Shown in pieces: positions 9,629-17,266 of a stretch of DNA of 32,000 bases. Made by a program: the position numbers and the translations under genes. The notes below the pieces were generated by a model, which was given only the letters and a program-made list of their open reading frames with translations, was not told the origin of the DNA and made no database searches. Origin of the DNA: Pseudoalteromonas tetraodonis (GTDB taxonomy: Bacteria; Pseudomonadota; Gammaproteobacteria; Enterobacterales; Alteromonadaceae); the NCBI RefSeq assembly GCF_002310835.1, contig NZ_CP011041.1, forward strand, positions 2,220,001-2,252,000, written 5' to 3'. Numbering within the stretch: the first letter of the stretch is position 1; every line of letters begins with the position of its first letter.

Positions 9629-10573
9629 CTAGTTTTGTTCAAAGCTTAGCTTTATTAATTGCTTTGCTATATCCAGCTCTTCAATATTTCGGACGATAAC
9701 CTCTAGATCACCAGTTCCCCAATGCCCTTTACCTCTAACATCACTGACGATACCATTTTTAAGCTCTACCGATTCAGGATTTAAGTTTAAATAAATTCTC
9801 AATGAAGGGTCTTGTAAAGGTGCCCATACTTGAACGCTCGCGAAATTTTTGATTTTCTTCAGTGCTGTGTAGAACTTTAGTTCCTTGCGTTGCACGTCGT
9901 CACCGAGTGATAAGCCAAATTCACAAATATGCTCATAAAGCTTTAAAAGGTCTTCACTAGCGGCAGCGATTCGATTCTGATGGTAATCCTTCCGTTCTTT
10001 TTTTGAAGTTTCTTGAACTGTCTTTTCCTGTAGTGCGGCAGCTGCGGGGTTAGAAAAGTAACGGTTAGATGAGTGGCTGTTTACCAATTCTAATAAAAAC
10101 AAATCTTCTCCGAAATATTTGTATCTCATCAGCTCAATGTTTTTATCAATTTGTTTTATCGCGTGCTCATCATACTTGGTGAAGTCAGTAGCGATACAAA
10201 TTAAACGTGCACCTTCCCATTCAAGATTGTCAGCAGCTTCACTGCTGAGCTTGTCCATTACGAGTAACTTAAATTCAGCCTTATGATCAATAAGCCAATC
10301 ATAATAAAACAGTCCTTGATTAATTACATTTTCATTGGTGTGCCGTTTGTATTCTATGATAACTGGACAGCCATTTTCATCTACACCAAGTGAATCAATT
10401 CTGCCACCGTTTGAGGTAGTAAATTCTGAAGCAAGGAACTTTACATTCAGGAAGGTTTCCATTTGTGACTCAACGAGCTGCTGCAAGTCTTTTTCAAGCT
10501 TAGCTTGTGCTCGCACTAGCTCTAGTGCAGTTCCTTTTGCTTGGTCTAGTTTGAATAACTTTATATCGCTCAT
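9629..10573 (-). CDS. PD-(D/E)xK nuclease-fold protein, NucS/DUF91-like N-terminus with a DUF5655-like C-terminal half
   Basis: 314-aa ORF. GRIDSLGVDENGCPVIIEYKR matches the D...(E)xK restriction-endonuclease-like core. It is the first gene of the operon, 11 bp upstream of hsdR. Confidence 0.6.
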   Translation of the reverse strand: MSDIKLFKLDQAKGTALELVRAQAKLEKDLQQLVESQMETFLNVKFLASEFTTSNGGRIDSLGVDENGCPVIIEYKRHTNENVINQGLFYYDWLIDHKAEFKLLVMDKLSSEAADNLEWEGARLICIATDFTKYDEHAIKQIDKNIELMRYKYFGEDLFLLELVNSHSSNRYFSNPAAAALQEKTVQETSKKERKDYHQNRIAAASEDLLKLYEHICEFGLSLGDDVQRKELKFYTALKKIKNFASVQVWAPLQDPSLRIYLNLNPESVELKNGIVSDVRGKGHWGTGDLEVIVRNIEELDIAKQLIKLSFEQN

Positions 10574-10821
10574 TTGCGTCCTGCATAAAAACTTCCAGAA
10601 ATTAGAGTCTTAATATAAATAAAATGGATATAAAATTCACTAATAAATTACTATTCATCTGATCTTGCTATAAAAAACTGCCAAGTTTTTAACACACAGG
10701 TTAACGTGTAACCTCAATATTTAGATTTTGAAAAAATTGCGCCACTTGATTCCTGTTCCGAAACTCAGGTTTAATCGATTATTGCCTACGAAGTTGATTC
10801 ACAACTAACTAGGAGAACATT

Positions 10822-10977
10822 ATGACTTCAAAAGTAAATGCAAAGCCATCAACACCAATAACACCACAAGCGGCACAACGAATTCAAAGCGCTACAGCTA
10901 GAGCAAATGGCGGCAGTGTGCCTAAAGGCAGTTTTGCGGCACGAGCAACTAGTAGCGCCGCAAAAAATAGTAAATAA
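10822..10977 (+). CDS. small (51 aa) basic Ala/Ser-rich protein of unknown function
   Basis: Hand-found ORF, not in the track: MTSKVNAKPSTPITPQAAQRIQSATARANGGSVPKGSFAARATSSAAKNSK. It has a strong SD (AGGAGA) 5 nt upstream of ATG 10822 and stop TAA at 10975-10977, followed by a GC hairpin. The motif loosely recalls seed-maturation-protein-like repeats; that is recollection only. Confidence 0.55.
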   Translation: MTSKVNAKPSTPITPQAAQRIQSATARANGGSVPKGSFAARATSSAAKNSK

Positions 10978-10981
10978 TGGC

Positions 10982-11003
10982 GAGGGGCATTGCCCCTCTT
11001 TCA
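10982..11003 (+). terminator. GC-rich hairpin after the 51-aa ORF (weak intrinsic terminator/attenuator)
   Basis: GAGGGGC-ATT-GCCCCTC (10982-10998) followed by only TTT, so probably leaky. Confidence 0.4.
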
Positions 11004-11029
11004 AAAGGAATTTTTTAGGGTTTAAATTA

Positions 11030-12376
11030 ATGACGACTATCAATGAGTCTTATCCAAACATTGGGTATGTTTTAAATCGTCTGGCTGATATTGCCGACAC
11101 CAAGTCATTGGCTACTAAGGGAAAGAGCCGTTTTCGCAAGGAAGAAGACTTAGCATCCAGAAAGTCTATAGATCCAACACTGATTGGAGAGTCAGTGCGA
11201 CACTTATTTTATGAACCAATCTCCGAAGTCGTTACAGATAGTTTCGCACAGTTTTTCTCCGACAGTATTTGGATGGGGTTAAATAACTACGTCGAGATCA
11301 TTAAGCGTGTGCCAATGGAAGGAGTAGCACAAGAAAAAGTTGCTTATATGCTAAATAAGCACCTAGTAGTTGAAACACTTGCCAGTATCATTTGGAAAGT
11401 AGGCGTTAATCAAATGCCAACCAATACAGTGCCTAGCTTTTATTGTGATAATTACCCTATCAAAGCCCTAATCGCTTTTTATGAAAGCCAACAAACACTT
11501 CCTGAAAACGATATAAAGCGATTCTTTGAAGGCACTGACAGGACAGTTCGAAAATGGCGAAGTGGTGAAGAACTTCCTAATATAGGTAACCTAACTCTGC
11601 TGGCTCAGTGGACATCGTTATCAAATTCAGATGCAATTGATGAAGATAAGGAAACCTTGTTTTTGACAAGGTTCATAGATTCATTTCATAGAAAAACACA
11701 CCATCAATTTGTAAACGATTTAAAAGATGCTGTCGTTTGGCGGTTGCAGCATAATCAAGAGCCTACATTAGATTTTGGGCAAGTATTTCATCAGTTTTAT
11801 ATCAATGAGATAACCTCAGCGAATCTATATAAACTATCTGCTGAAGGTAATGAGCTACACAAGTTGTTAAGACGCTCTTCAACTAAACCTCTGGGCAGCC
11901 TTGTTGATTATTCAGCACGCTTAGCTTCCTTACAAAAATCTATTGAAGAGCATAACCTGAATGATGAGTTGCAATATCATCAAGACTGGCTCAAGGGACG
12001 ATTACTGTTACTAAGTGGTGAAATAGAAAAAGCACTTGAACACTATGTTAGTGCTGTAGAGTCCTCACTGTATAAATCAGGTGAAAACATTCGTAATTTA
12101 TTAAAAGAAGCGCTAGCCGTTGCCGCAATCCAAAGCAAGCCTCACAAACCAACCTTAAAGAAACTAAAAAGCCGAGCATTAACGTTTTGTCCCAAAATCA
12201 TAGAACCTCACCTTAGAGCGTTGCCAGTAAAGATTGGCAATGAAGATATTGAAGACTGGAAATTATGGTTTGTAATGCGCTTTCCAAAATCGGGGTGGTT
12301 TGATGAAGGAAAGTCATTACTTATGCAGCGGATGGAAGAACTTGAGCTTAAGGAAATAGCAGAAAAATGTGGATGA
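11030..12376 (+). CDS. hypothetical protein with an internal HTH-like segment and helical-repeat C-terminus
   Basis: The track ORF 10907..12376 was trimmed to the internal ATG at 11030 (MTTINESYPNIGY...), because the upstream part overlaps the 51-aa gene and its hairpin. DRTVRKWRSGEELPNIGNLTLLAQW looks like an XRE-type HTH. No catalytic motif seen. Confidence 0.6.
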   Translation: MTTINESYPNIGYVLNRLADIADTKSLATKGKSRFRKEEDLASRKSIDPTLIGESVRHLFYEPISEVVTDSFAQFFSDSIWMGLNNYVEIIKRVPMEGVAQEKVAYMLNKHLVVETLASIIWKVGVNQMPTNTVPSFYCDNYPIKALIAFYESQQTLPENDIKRFFEGTDRTVRKWRSGEELPNIGNLTLLAQWTSLSNSDAIDEDKETLFLTRFIDSFHRKTHHQFVNDLKDAVVWRLQHNQEPTLDFGQVFHQFYINEITSANLYKLSAEGNELHKLLRRSSTKPLGSLVDYSARLASLQKSIEEHNLNDELQYHQDWLKGRLLLLSGEIEKALEHYVSAVESSLYKSGENIRNLLKEALAVAAIQSKPHKPTLKKLKSRALTFCPKIIEPHLRALPVKIGNEDIEDWKLWFVMRFPKSGWFDEGKSLLMQRMEELELKEIAEKCG

Positions 12377-12521
12377 AACGTTTTTAACTAGCGTTGCAAT
12401 ATGTGGTAGCAAAAACTTCGCTAAACGTCTGAGGTTGGTGAAACTAAAACCCGCAAAGAGCGATTAATTCCCCTTACAGGGTCTCTAAATATTGTTGAGG
12501 TCATCATAAAAGGAGAAGCAA

Positions 12522-12773
12522 TTGAAAGACACTCAACAAAACCGATTTGGCGTAAGTTATGGGCTGCACGTGATCAGTCACTGGCTCACCGAGTTAGGTC
12601 GCGTATTTATCTTTGCGACAACCGCAGCAATTATACTGTCATTTGTTAATCAAGAAGGGCTATCAACCTTCCGTATAATATTGGCACTAGTATTTGGTGG
12701 CGCAATGATGTTAGTCGGCATAGCATTGGAGCATTGGCTATTTAAACAGAAGTTTGAATCGCTAAACCTATAA
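12522..12773 (+). CDS. small membrane protein (two predicted TM helices)
   Basis: 83-aa ORF with a TTG start preceded by AAGGAGAA. Hydrophobic stretches VFIFATTAAIILSFV and IILALVFGGAMMLVGIAL. Followed by a strong terminator. Confidence 0.55.
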   Translation: MKDTQQNRFGVSYGLHVISHWLTELGRVFIFATTAAIILSFVNQEGLSTFRIILALVFGGAMMLVGIALEHWLFKQKFESLNL

Positions 12774-12791
12774 CGTGCACATTAAAATATT

Positions 12792-12821
12792 AAGCACTGC
12801 CCATGCAGTGCTTATTTTTTT
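12792..12821. terminator. bidirectional intrinsic terminator between convergent genes
   Basis: AAGCACTGC-CCAT-GCAGTGCTT (12792-12813) followed by ATTTTTTTT. It overlaps the stop codon of the minus-strand gene 12812..13348. Confidence 0.8.
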
Positions 12822-13348
12822 GATTCTTTAAACTCTTTGCGAAAAGCACCTGGCAGCATGTGCTCCTGTATCAGTATGTTTTCTCGTATAAAGCTAATTT
12901 TATCAGTTTCAGTGAGCCTAGCTTTAAAAGAATGCTCTAGTAAAAAGAGTGGCATCAGTTCATGGCGTTTAAGCTTTTTATAAGCTGCTCTTCCTACATC
13001 AACTCTTTGAATAAAGGCTTCAAGGGCGTATTCGACAATCATTTCTTTTGAAACGCGATATTGTTTGCACCACCCACCCAAGTCATCAACTAAACTCTGC
13101 GGCATTCTAATTGAGTAGGGCTGGTTCACTCCCTCTTGGTCTAAAGTTTTCTTTTTCTGCTTAAACCATGCGGCAACCATTGGTGAGTTTGGCCTTAGCT
13201 GGTAATAGTTACGTTTAAAGAAATCAAGTTCGTGTTGCACTAAAAAGCCCCCCCAATCAGCATGTTTAATACACAATATATTGGCTATTTCTGTGTATTT
13301 GTCTGAAGTTTTTCTATTTATTTTAAATTTTCTTGAAGATTCTGACAT
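12812..13348 (-). CDS. hypothetical protein with a ribbon-helix-helix-like segment
   Basis: 178-aa ORF. YSIRMPQSLVDDLGGWCKQYRVSKEMIVEYALEAFIQ fits the strand-helix-helix pattern of CopG/Arc-type RHH. A perfect palindrome lies 15 bp upstream of its start. Confidence 0.5.
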   Translation of the reverse strand: MSESSRKFKINRKTSDKYTEIANILCIKHADWGGFLVQHELDFFKRNYYQLRPNSPMVAAWFKQKKKTLDQEGVNQPYSIRMPQSLVDDLGGWCKQYRVSKEMIVEYALEAFIQRVDVGRAAYKKLKRHELMPLFLLEHSFKARLTETDKISFIRENILIQEHMLPGAFRKEFKESKK

Positions 13349-13362
13349 ATCTATACCAGCAC

Positions 13363-13380
13363 TTACGTCAATTGACGTAA
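13363..13380. promoter_or_regulatory. perfect 18-bp palindrome TTACGTCAATTGACGTAA, candidate operator
   Basis: The sequence is its own reverse complement. It lies between the start of 12812..13348 (minus strand) and the proposed transposon terminus. Confidence 0.5.
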
Positions 13381-13385
13381 AAAGT

Positions 13386-13512
13386 TGTTATAACTATTTA
13401 TTTTGAAATAGTTTTCAAACAAACGTGAAAAAACGGCACTATTTCGTAAAGCGAAGTAGGTAAGCCGTAAAAAAAGCATTTAAAACGACAAAAGAGTACC
13501 ATTTAAAAAATC
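13386..13512. repeat. tnsA-proximal cluster of TnsB-binding-site-like repeats (tentative Tn7-like right end)
   Basis: TGTTATAAC... begins at 13386. GAAATAGTTTTCAAAC (13405-13420) resembles the terminal repeat of the other end in inverted orientation. GTGAAAAAACGGCACTATTTCG (13425-13446), CGTAAAAAAAGCATTTAAAACG (13466-13487) and ACAAAAGAGTACCATTTAAAAA (13488-13509) resemble the AAAAAAGCACTATT repeat but in direct orientation relative to the far end. Confidence 0.45.
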
Positions 13513-13784
13513 TTTTTAAAACATAACTAATTTTTACCCCTCTTTATTATCAATTAGTTACACAAAGTTGCTGTATAAAAATAAGACTATATTCGAGTAT
13601 TTACTATACAGCTTTACAAGTAGTTCATACCTTTTTTAAAGTGCTGAAAAAGAGAGAGGTTTGATGACTATTTCATCCATTTATCAACTTGATATTTATA
13701 CAAGCCCAACCTTTAATTATAGCTAAGATTGATTTTTAGCCAAAAAATCTTGGGCATTTTCAACTAAATTTTTTTGAGGCGAAC

Positions 13785-14384
13785 ATGAAGGGTAAAAAAA
13801 AATTCAACAAACACCGTTCAAAACACACCATTAACTTTTACAGTGCTAAAAATGGTTGTCATATCTGGTGTGAGTCGTTTCTCGAACGCAAATACGGGAT
13901 AACGCTCGAATTTGAAGAGTCTATCCATCAATATGCTTCCCAACCAGAATCATTTAGTGTGTATGGAAGACGTTATACTCCTGACTTTTTGGTGGAATAT
14001 AAATCCGGCCATGCCGAATATGTAGAAATCAAACACACCCACTATATGAATGATGAATTCTTTGAGCGCCACTTCCTCAGGAAACGAGTCATTTATATGT
14101 TAACAGGGCTTGAACTGGTGCTGAGGAGTGAGCTTGATGTTGACAGCATTGAGGTAGAAAACTACGAACTACTCATGGGCTACAAGACTCTTGACGTCAA
14201 TCATTTACAGCCCGTTATCTGTAACTTACCAAAAAGAACAAAACTGTCTCGACTTGAAAAGTTAGTATCTAATTTGCCTGGTGGCTCACGAGCGCACGCT
14301 TGGTCACTCGTCGCACAACAACACTTTTATTTTGACACGTCAAAGCCTTTTAACGCAGAAACAACATTGATGAGGAAGAAGTAA
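13785..14384 (+). CDS. tnsA: Tn7-like transposase subunit TnsA (restriction-endonuclease fold)
   Basis: 199-aa ORF with an E...D...ExK pattern (SFLERKY ... YTPDFLVEY ... YVEIKHT). Located directly upstream of the DDE transposase. Confidence 0.85.
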   Translation: MKGKKKFNKHRSKHTINFYSAKNGCHIWCESFLERKYGITLEFEESIHQYASQPESFSVYGRRYTPDFLVEYKSGHAEYVEIKHTHYMNDEFFERHFLRKRVIYMLTGLELVLRSELDVDSIEVENYELLMGYKTLDVNHLQPVICNLPKRTKLSRLEKLVSNLPGGSRAHAWSLVAQQHFYFDTSKPFNAETTLMRKK

Positions 14385-16384
14385 TGTATCAGCCACCTGT
14401 GGTCGGTGACACCTTCATCGATATTGAACAGCGTAAATTTAATCTAGCATATTATGATGAGCTGCAAGCATTACTAAACCCTGACTCGATGTTAGGTTCG
14501 GAAATTGGCTTGCACTTAACTCAAGATGACTTTCGCTCGAAAATAGACAGCGGTGAATTACGACCAGCATACGCCATAACACACGAAAATAACGAGCTGA
14601 CAGCATCACAAAAAAAAGAACTGAAAAAGCGAGAGCCTTACATTACCGAGTTAGCAACATTGGTGCATGATGGCTATAAACCTACAGTTGACGAGACCAT
14701 CGATAAGCTCAAACAGATTGTTCATGACAAGTACCACATCGGCACCGAAAAACACGGTAATAGCACTATTGCACGTTGGTGGAAACAATATCGAGAAGCA
14801 GAATTTAATCTCAAAAAGTCAATTGCTCCGAGAAAAAGCCAACCCAAGCGAACCAATGCGGCCACGGAAAACTTCCTCAACCGATTTTTTACTGACACTT
14901 GGGTAAAAGGCAACATTGAAAACATTGCGAGAGGCTACTCAAGTTATTCTAAAGCAGTTTTAAAAGCTCAGACGCAAAATGACGCTATTGAACAGGTTAG
15001 CGAACGAACGTTTAGCAGACGCATTGAAGGACTTAATGCATTTAATATCATTTTAAACTCTGGAAACTACAGCGAAGTTAAAAAAGCACTACGTACATTA
15101 TCCAAGAAAATAAAAACCACTCATGTGCTTGAGCGAGTAGAAATGGACCGGATGTCACTTAACTTGGCTCTTATTGACGAAGAAGGTAAACCAACGGGCA
15201 ACGTCAGCATCTATATTGCTATTGACTGCCACTCACGCTACCCGCTGAGTGTTACATTCGAGCTGGGCACCTCTGAGGATACGGAAGGGGTTGTTCGATC
15301 ATTTAAGCGTATTTTTGAGTCAACCAGTGACCAGCTAAACGCTTGTGGTATTCCTTTTAAAATTATTGTGGATAATGGCAGTGGCTATAAAGCTGAGCAG
15401 TTCAAACAAATAACCCAACGCTTAGGGTGTGAGTTAATCAAAGCTCCATCGAATGAACCTTGGCGAAAACCTTTTGTTGAGTCTTTCAACAATACGTTGC
15501 GGGAAGAATTCTTTAAAGGAGGCGAATTTAAATTACCTGATGGAACAATAACCATAGGTCTTCCAGGTTATAAAGACAAACGCACCCACAAAACAAGTAA
15601 GCCGTCGTCTGAAGAAACCATTAAAAAAGCCGCTTCCTTGCCTGTCGAGGAGTTTGCCTCGCTACTGCATGATTACCTCGTTCACTATGTAAACTCAAAG
15701 CACTCAAGCCTCAACAACAAAACACCACAACAAGTATGGAACGAGTCAATTGCTCTAAAGCCTCTCATTCCTGTCAATAAAGAACTGCTCAGTGCTGCTT
15801 GCCATTATATAGAGCACAACCCTTCATTAAGCCAGCGAGGTACAGTTCAGGTCAACAAGCAGGTTTTCGCGGATGACCGTATAAAGCAATGCTATCTAGA
15901 TGCAAAAACTCTCGATAAAAACCAAGATATGACGGTTACTGTGAAATCTGACCCAGATGATGGCCGTTGGGTAACAGTCATCGCAGACTTCCCATGTTAT
16001 GACCACCCTAAAGTATTCGATTTTGTAGAAAACCGAAAGCTATCTGGAAATGAATTGGAGTACCCACTGTCATTTGAAGAACTTAACACAACATCAGGGA
16101 CGCCTGAACGGCGAGATATATTCAGTCGTAAAATTGCAAAGTTAGTTAAGCAAAGGACAAGATCACTTGGCAGTGGCAAGCCAGTTGCTACTGCAAAAGA
16201 AAACTTATCTAAGGGACTATCTACGGCAGAGCGCATTAAGCGAAGTAATCAGAGTTATGCATACAAACCTATCAAAAAGTCGAAGAAGTCCAAAGAGGAT
16301 AATACACCCTCAGATAAAGGAAATATTAAGCGAAAAGTAAGCCCTAATCGCAACGAAGCTCAGCTTGGTTTATGGCAGGACTAG
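14384..16384 (+). CDS. tnsB: Tn7-like DDE transposase TnsB (rve integrase core)
   Basis: 666-aa ORF with a DDE-type core: VEMDRMSLNL, IVDNGSGYKAEQF, NEPWRKPFVESFNNTLREEFF. Basic C-terminal tail. Confidence 0.88.
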   Translation: MYQPPVVGDTFIDIEQRKFNLAYYDELQALLNPDSMLGSEIGLHLTQDDFRSKIDSGELRPAYAITHENNELTASQKKELKKREPYITELATLVHDGYKPTVDETIDKLKQIVHDKYHIGTEKHGNSTIARWWKQYREAEFNLKKSIAPRKSQPKRTNAATENFLNRFFTDTWVKGNIENIARGYSSYSKAVLKAQTQNDAIEQVSERTFSRRIEGLNAFNIILNSGNYSEVKKALRTLSKKIKTTHVLERVEMDRMSLNLALIDEEGKPTGNVSIYIAIDCHSRYPLSVTFELGTSEDTEGVVRSFKRIFESTSDQLNACGIPFKIIVDNGSGYKAEQFKQITQRLGCELIKAPSNEPWRKPFVESFNNTLREEFFKGGEFKLPDGTITIGLPGYKDKRTHKTSKPSSEETIKKAASLPVEEFASLLHDYLVHYVNSKHSSLNNKTPQQVWNESIALKPLIPVNKELLSAACHYIEHNPSLSQRGTVQVNKQVFADDRIKQCYLDAKTLDKNQDMTVTVKSDPDDGRWVTVIADFPCYDHPKVFDFVENRKLSGNELEYPLSFEELNTTSGTPERRDIFSRKIAKLVKQRTRSLGSGKPVATAKENLSKGLSTAERIKRSNQSYAYKPIKKSKKSKEDNTPSDKGNIKRKVSPNRNEAQLGLWQD

Positions 16385-16387
16385 CCA

Positions 16388-17266
16388 ATGTTTAGCCACC
16401 CAAGTCTGAGCAAGTGCCTTGAACTAATAGACCAAGTTCATCAGCAAAGTTTTGGTAAAAATTATGGATTACTTTTAACAGGTCTAAGTGGTGTTGGTAA
16501 AACGTGTTTAGCCAAGACATATCTAGCACGTTTTCCAACTTTATGTACTCCCGAAGTAACCTACTATCCGGTCATTTATGTAAAGTTAACGGAGACTAAA
16601 ACAGCTACTGATTTTCTTATACAGGTCGTTAAAGCTCTCACTTCAGTCATAGGTAAAAATGCCAATAAAGCTCATATCGTTCAAGACAGGCTTGCCGTTT
16701 TACTTGCCGCGCATCGCGTACAACTGATCATTATCGATGAAGTACAGGAATGTTTGACGGATATCGACGGAATCACTAGTCAGCGAATGGCAAAGCAAAT
16801 AGCAGCGCTGCTAGATAACAACCCAAAAGTTTCACTTATTTTAATGGGAACGCCAGTCGCCAGCCGATTGTTAAAGCTTAAATATGGCAAATCAACGCAC
16901 AGATTAAAAGGTGAGGAGCAACTGAGCCGCCGTTTCCTATCTGAACAAAAGCTTTACATAATCCCTTCTCGCTGCGAGTGCTGGCTTTTGTGCTGTAATT
17001 ACTTTGCCACCGAATTTCGATTTCCGCCATTCACTCTAGACGACAAACCTATACTTAATCGTTTGCATGTCGCAACCGACGGCAGAATTGGGCTGTTAAC
17101 GAAGCTTTTTGCTATAGCTTCAACCAGTGAGCGTAAGAATCTGTTGGCTAAGCTTGAAGATGCTTACCTGTTGGGAATTAATTCATCTGCTTACAATCCT
17201 TTTGACACACTTGCCCTAACTGATAATGACATCGTTGGGATTTTAGATTCGAGGGAATTTGATTAA
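16388..17266 (+). CDS. tnsC: AAA+ ATPase TnsC/TniB family (short, TniB-sized)
   Basis: 292-aa ORF with Walker A GLSGVGKT and Walker B LIIIDEVQ. Positioned between tnsB and tniQ. Confidence 0.85.
   Translation: MFSHPSLSKCLELIDQVHQQSFGKNYGLLLTGLSGVGKTCLAKTYLARFPTLCTPEVTYYPVIYVKLTETKTATDFLIQVVKALTSVIGKNANKAHIVQDRLAVLLAAHRVQLIIIDEVQECLTDIDGITSQRMAKQIAALLDNNPKVSLILMGTPVASRLLKLKYGKSTHRLKGEEQLSRRFLSEQKLYIIPSRCECWLLCCNYFATEFRFPPFTLDDKPILNRLHVATDGRIGLLTKLFAIASTSERKNLLAKLEDAYLLGINSSAYNPFDTLALTDNDIVGILDSREFD

Noticed and set aside
10907-11029. N-terminal 41 codons of track ORF 10907..12376 (MAAVCLKAVLRHEQ...)
   Set aside because: It overlaps the better-supported 51-aa gene (strong SD) in another frame and runs through that gene's terminator hairpin. 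The internal ATG at 11030 gives a cleaner gene.
10335-11043. ORFs 10335..10613 (+) and 10849..11043 (-)
   Set aside because: The first is antisense to the NucS-like gene. The second is antisense to the 51-aa gene and is Cys-rich low complexity.
13664-13726. 20-aa ORF MTISSIYQLDIYTSPTFNYS preceded by GAGAGG, upstream of tnsA
   Set aside because: It could be a leader peptide, but it is too short to support without conservation or ribosome-profiling data.
14667-16236. ORFs 14667..14906 (+), 14722..14925 (-) and 15997..16236 (-) inside tnsB
   Set aside because: They are alternative-frame or antisense shadows of the DDE transposase gene.
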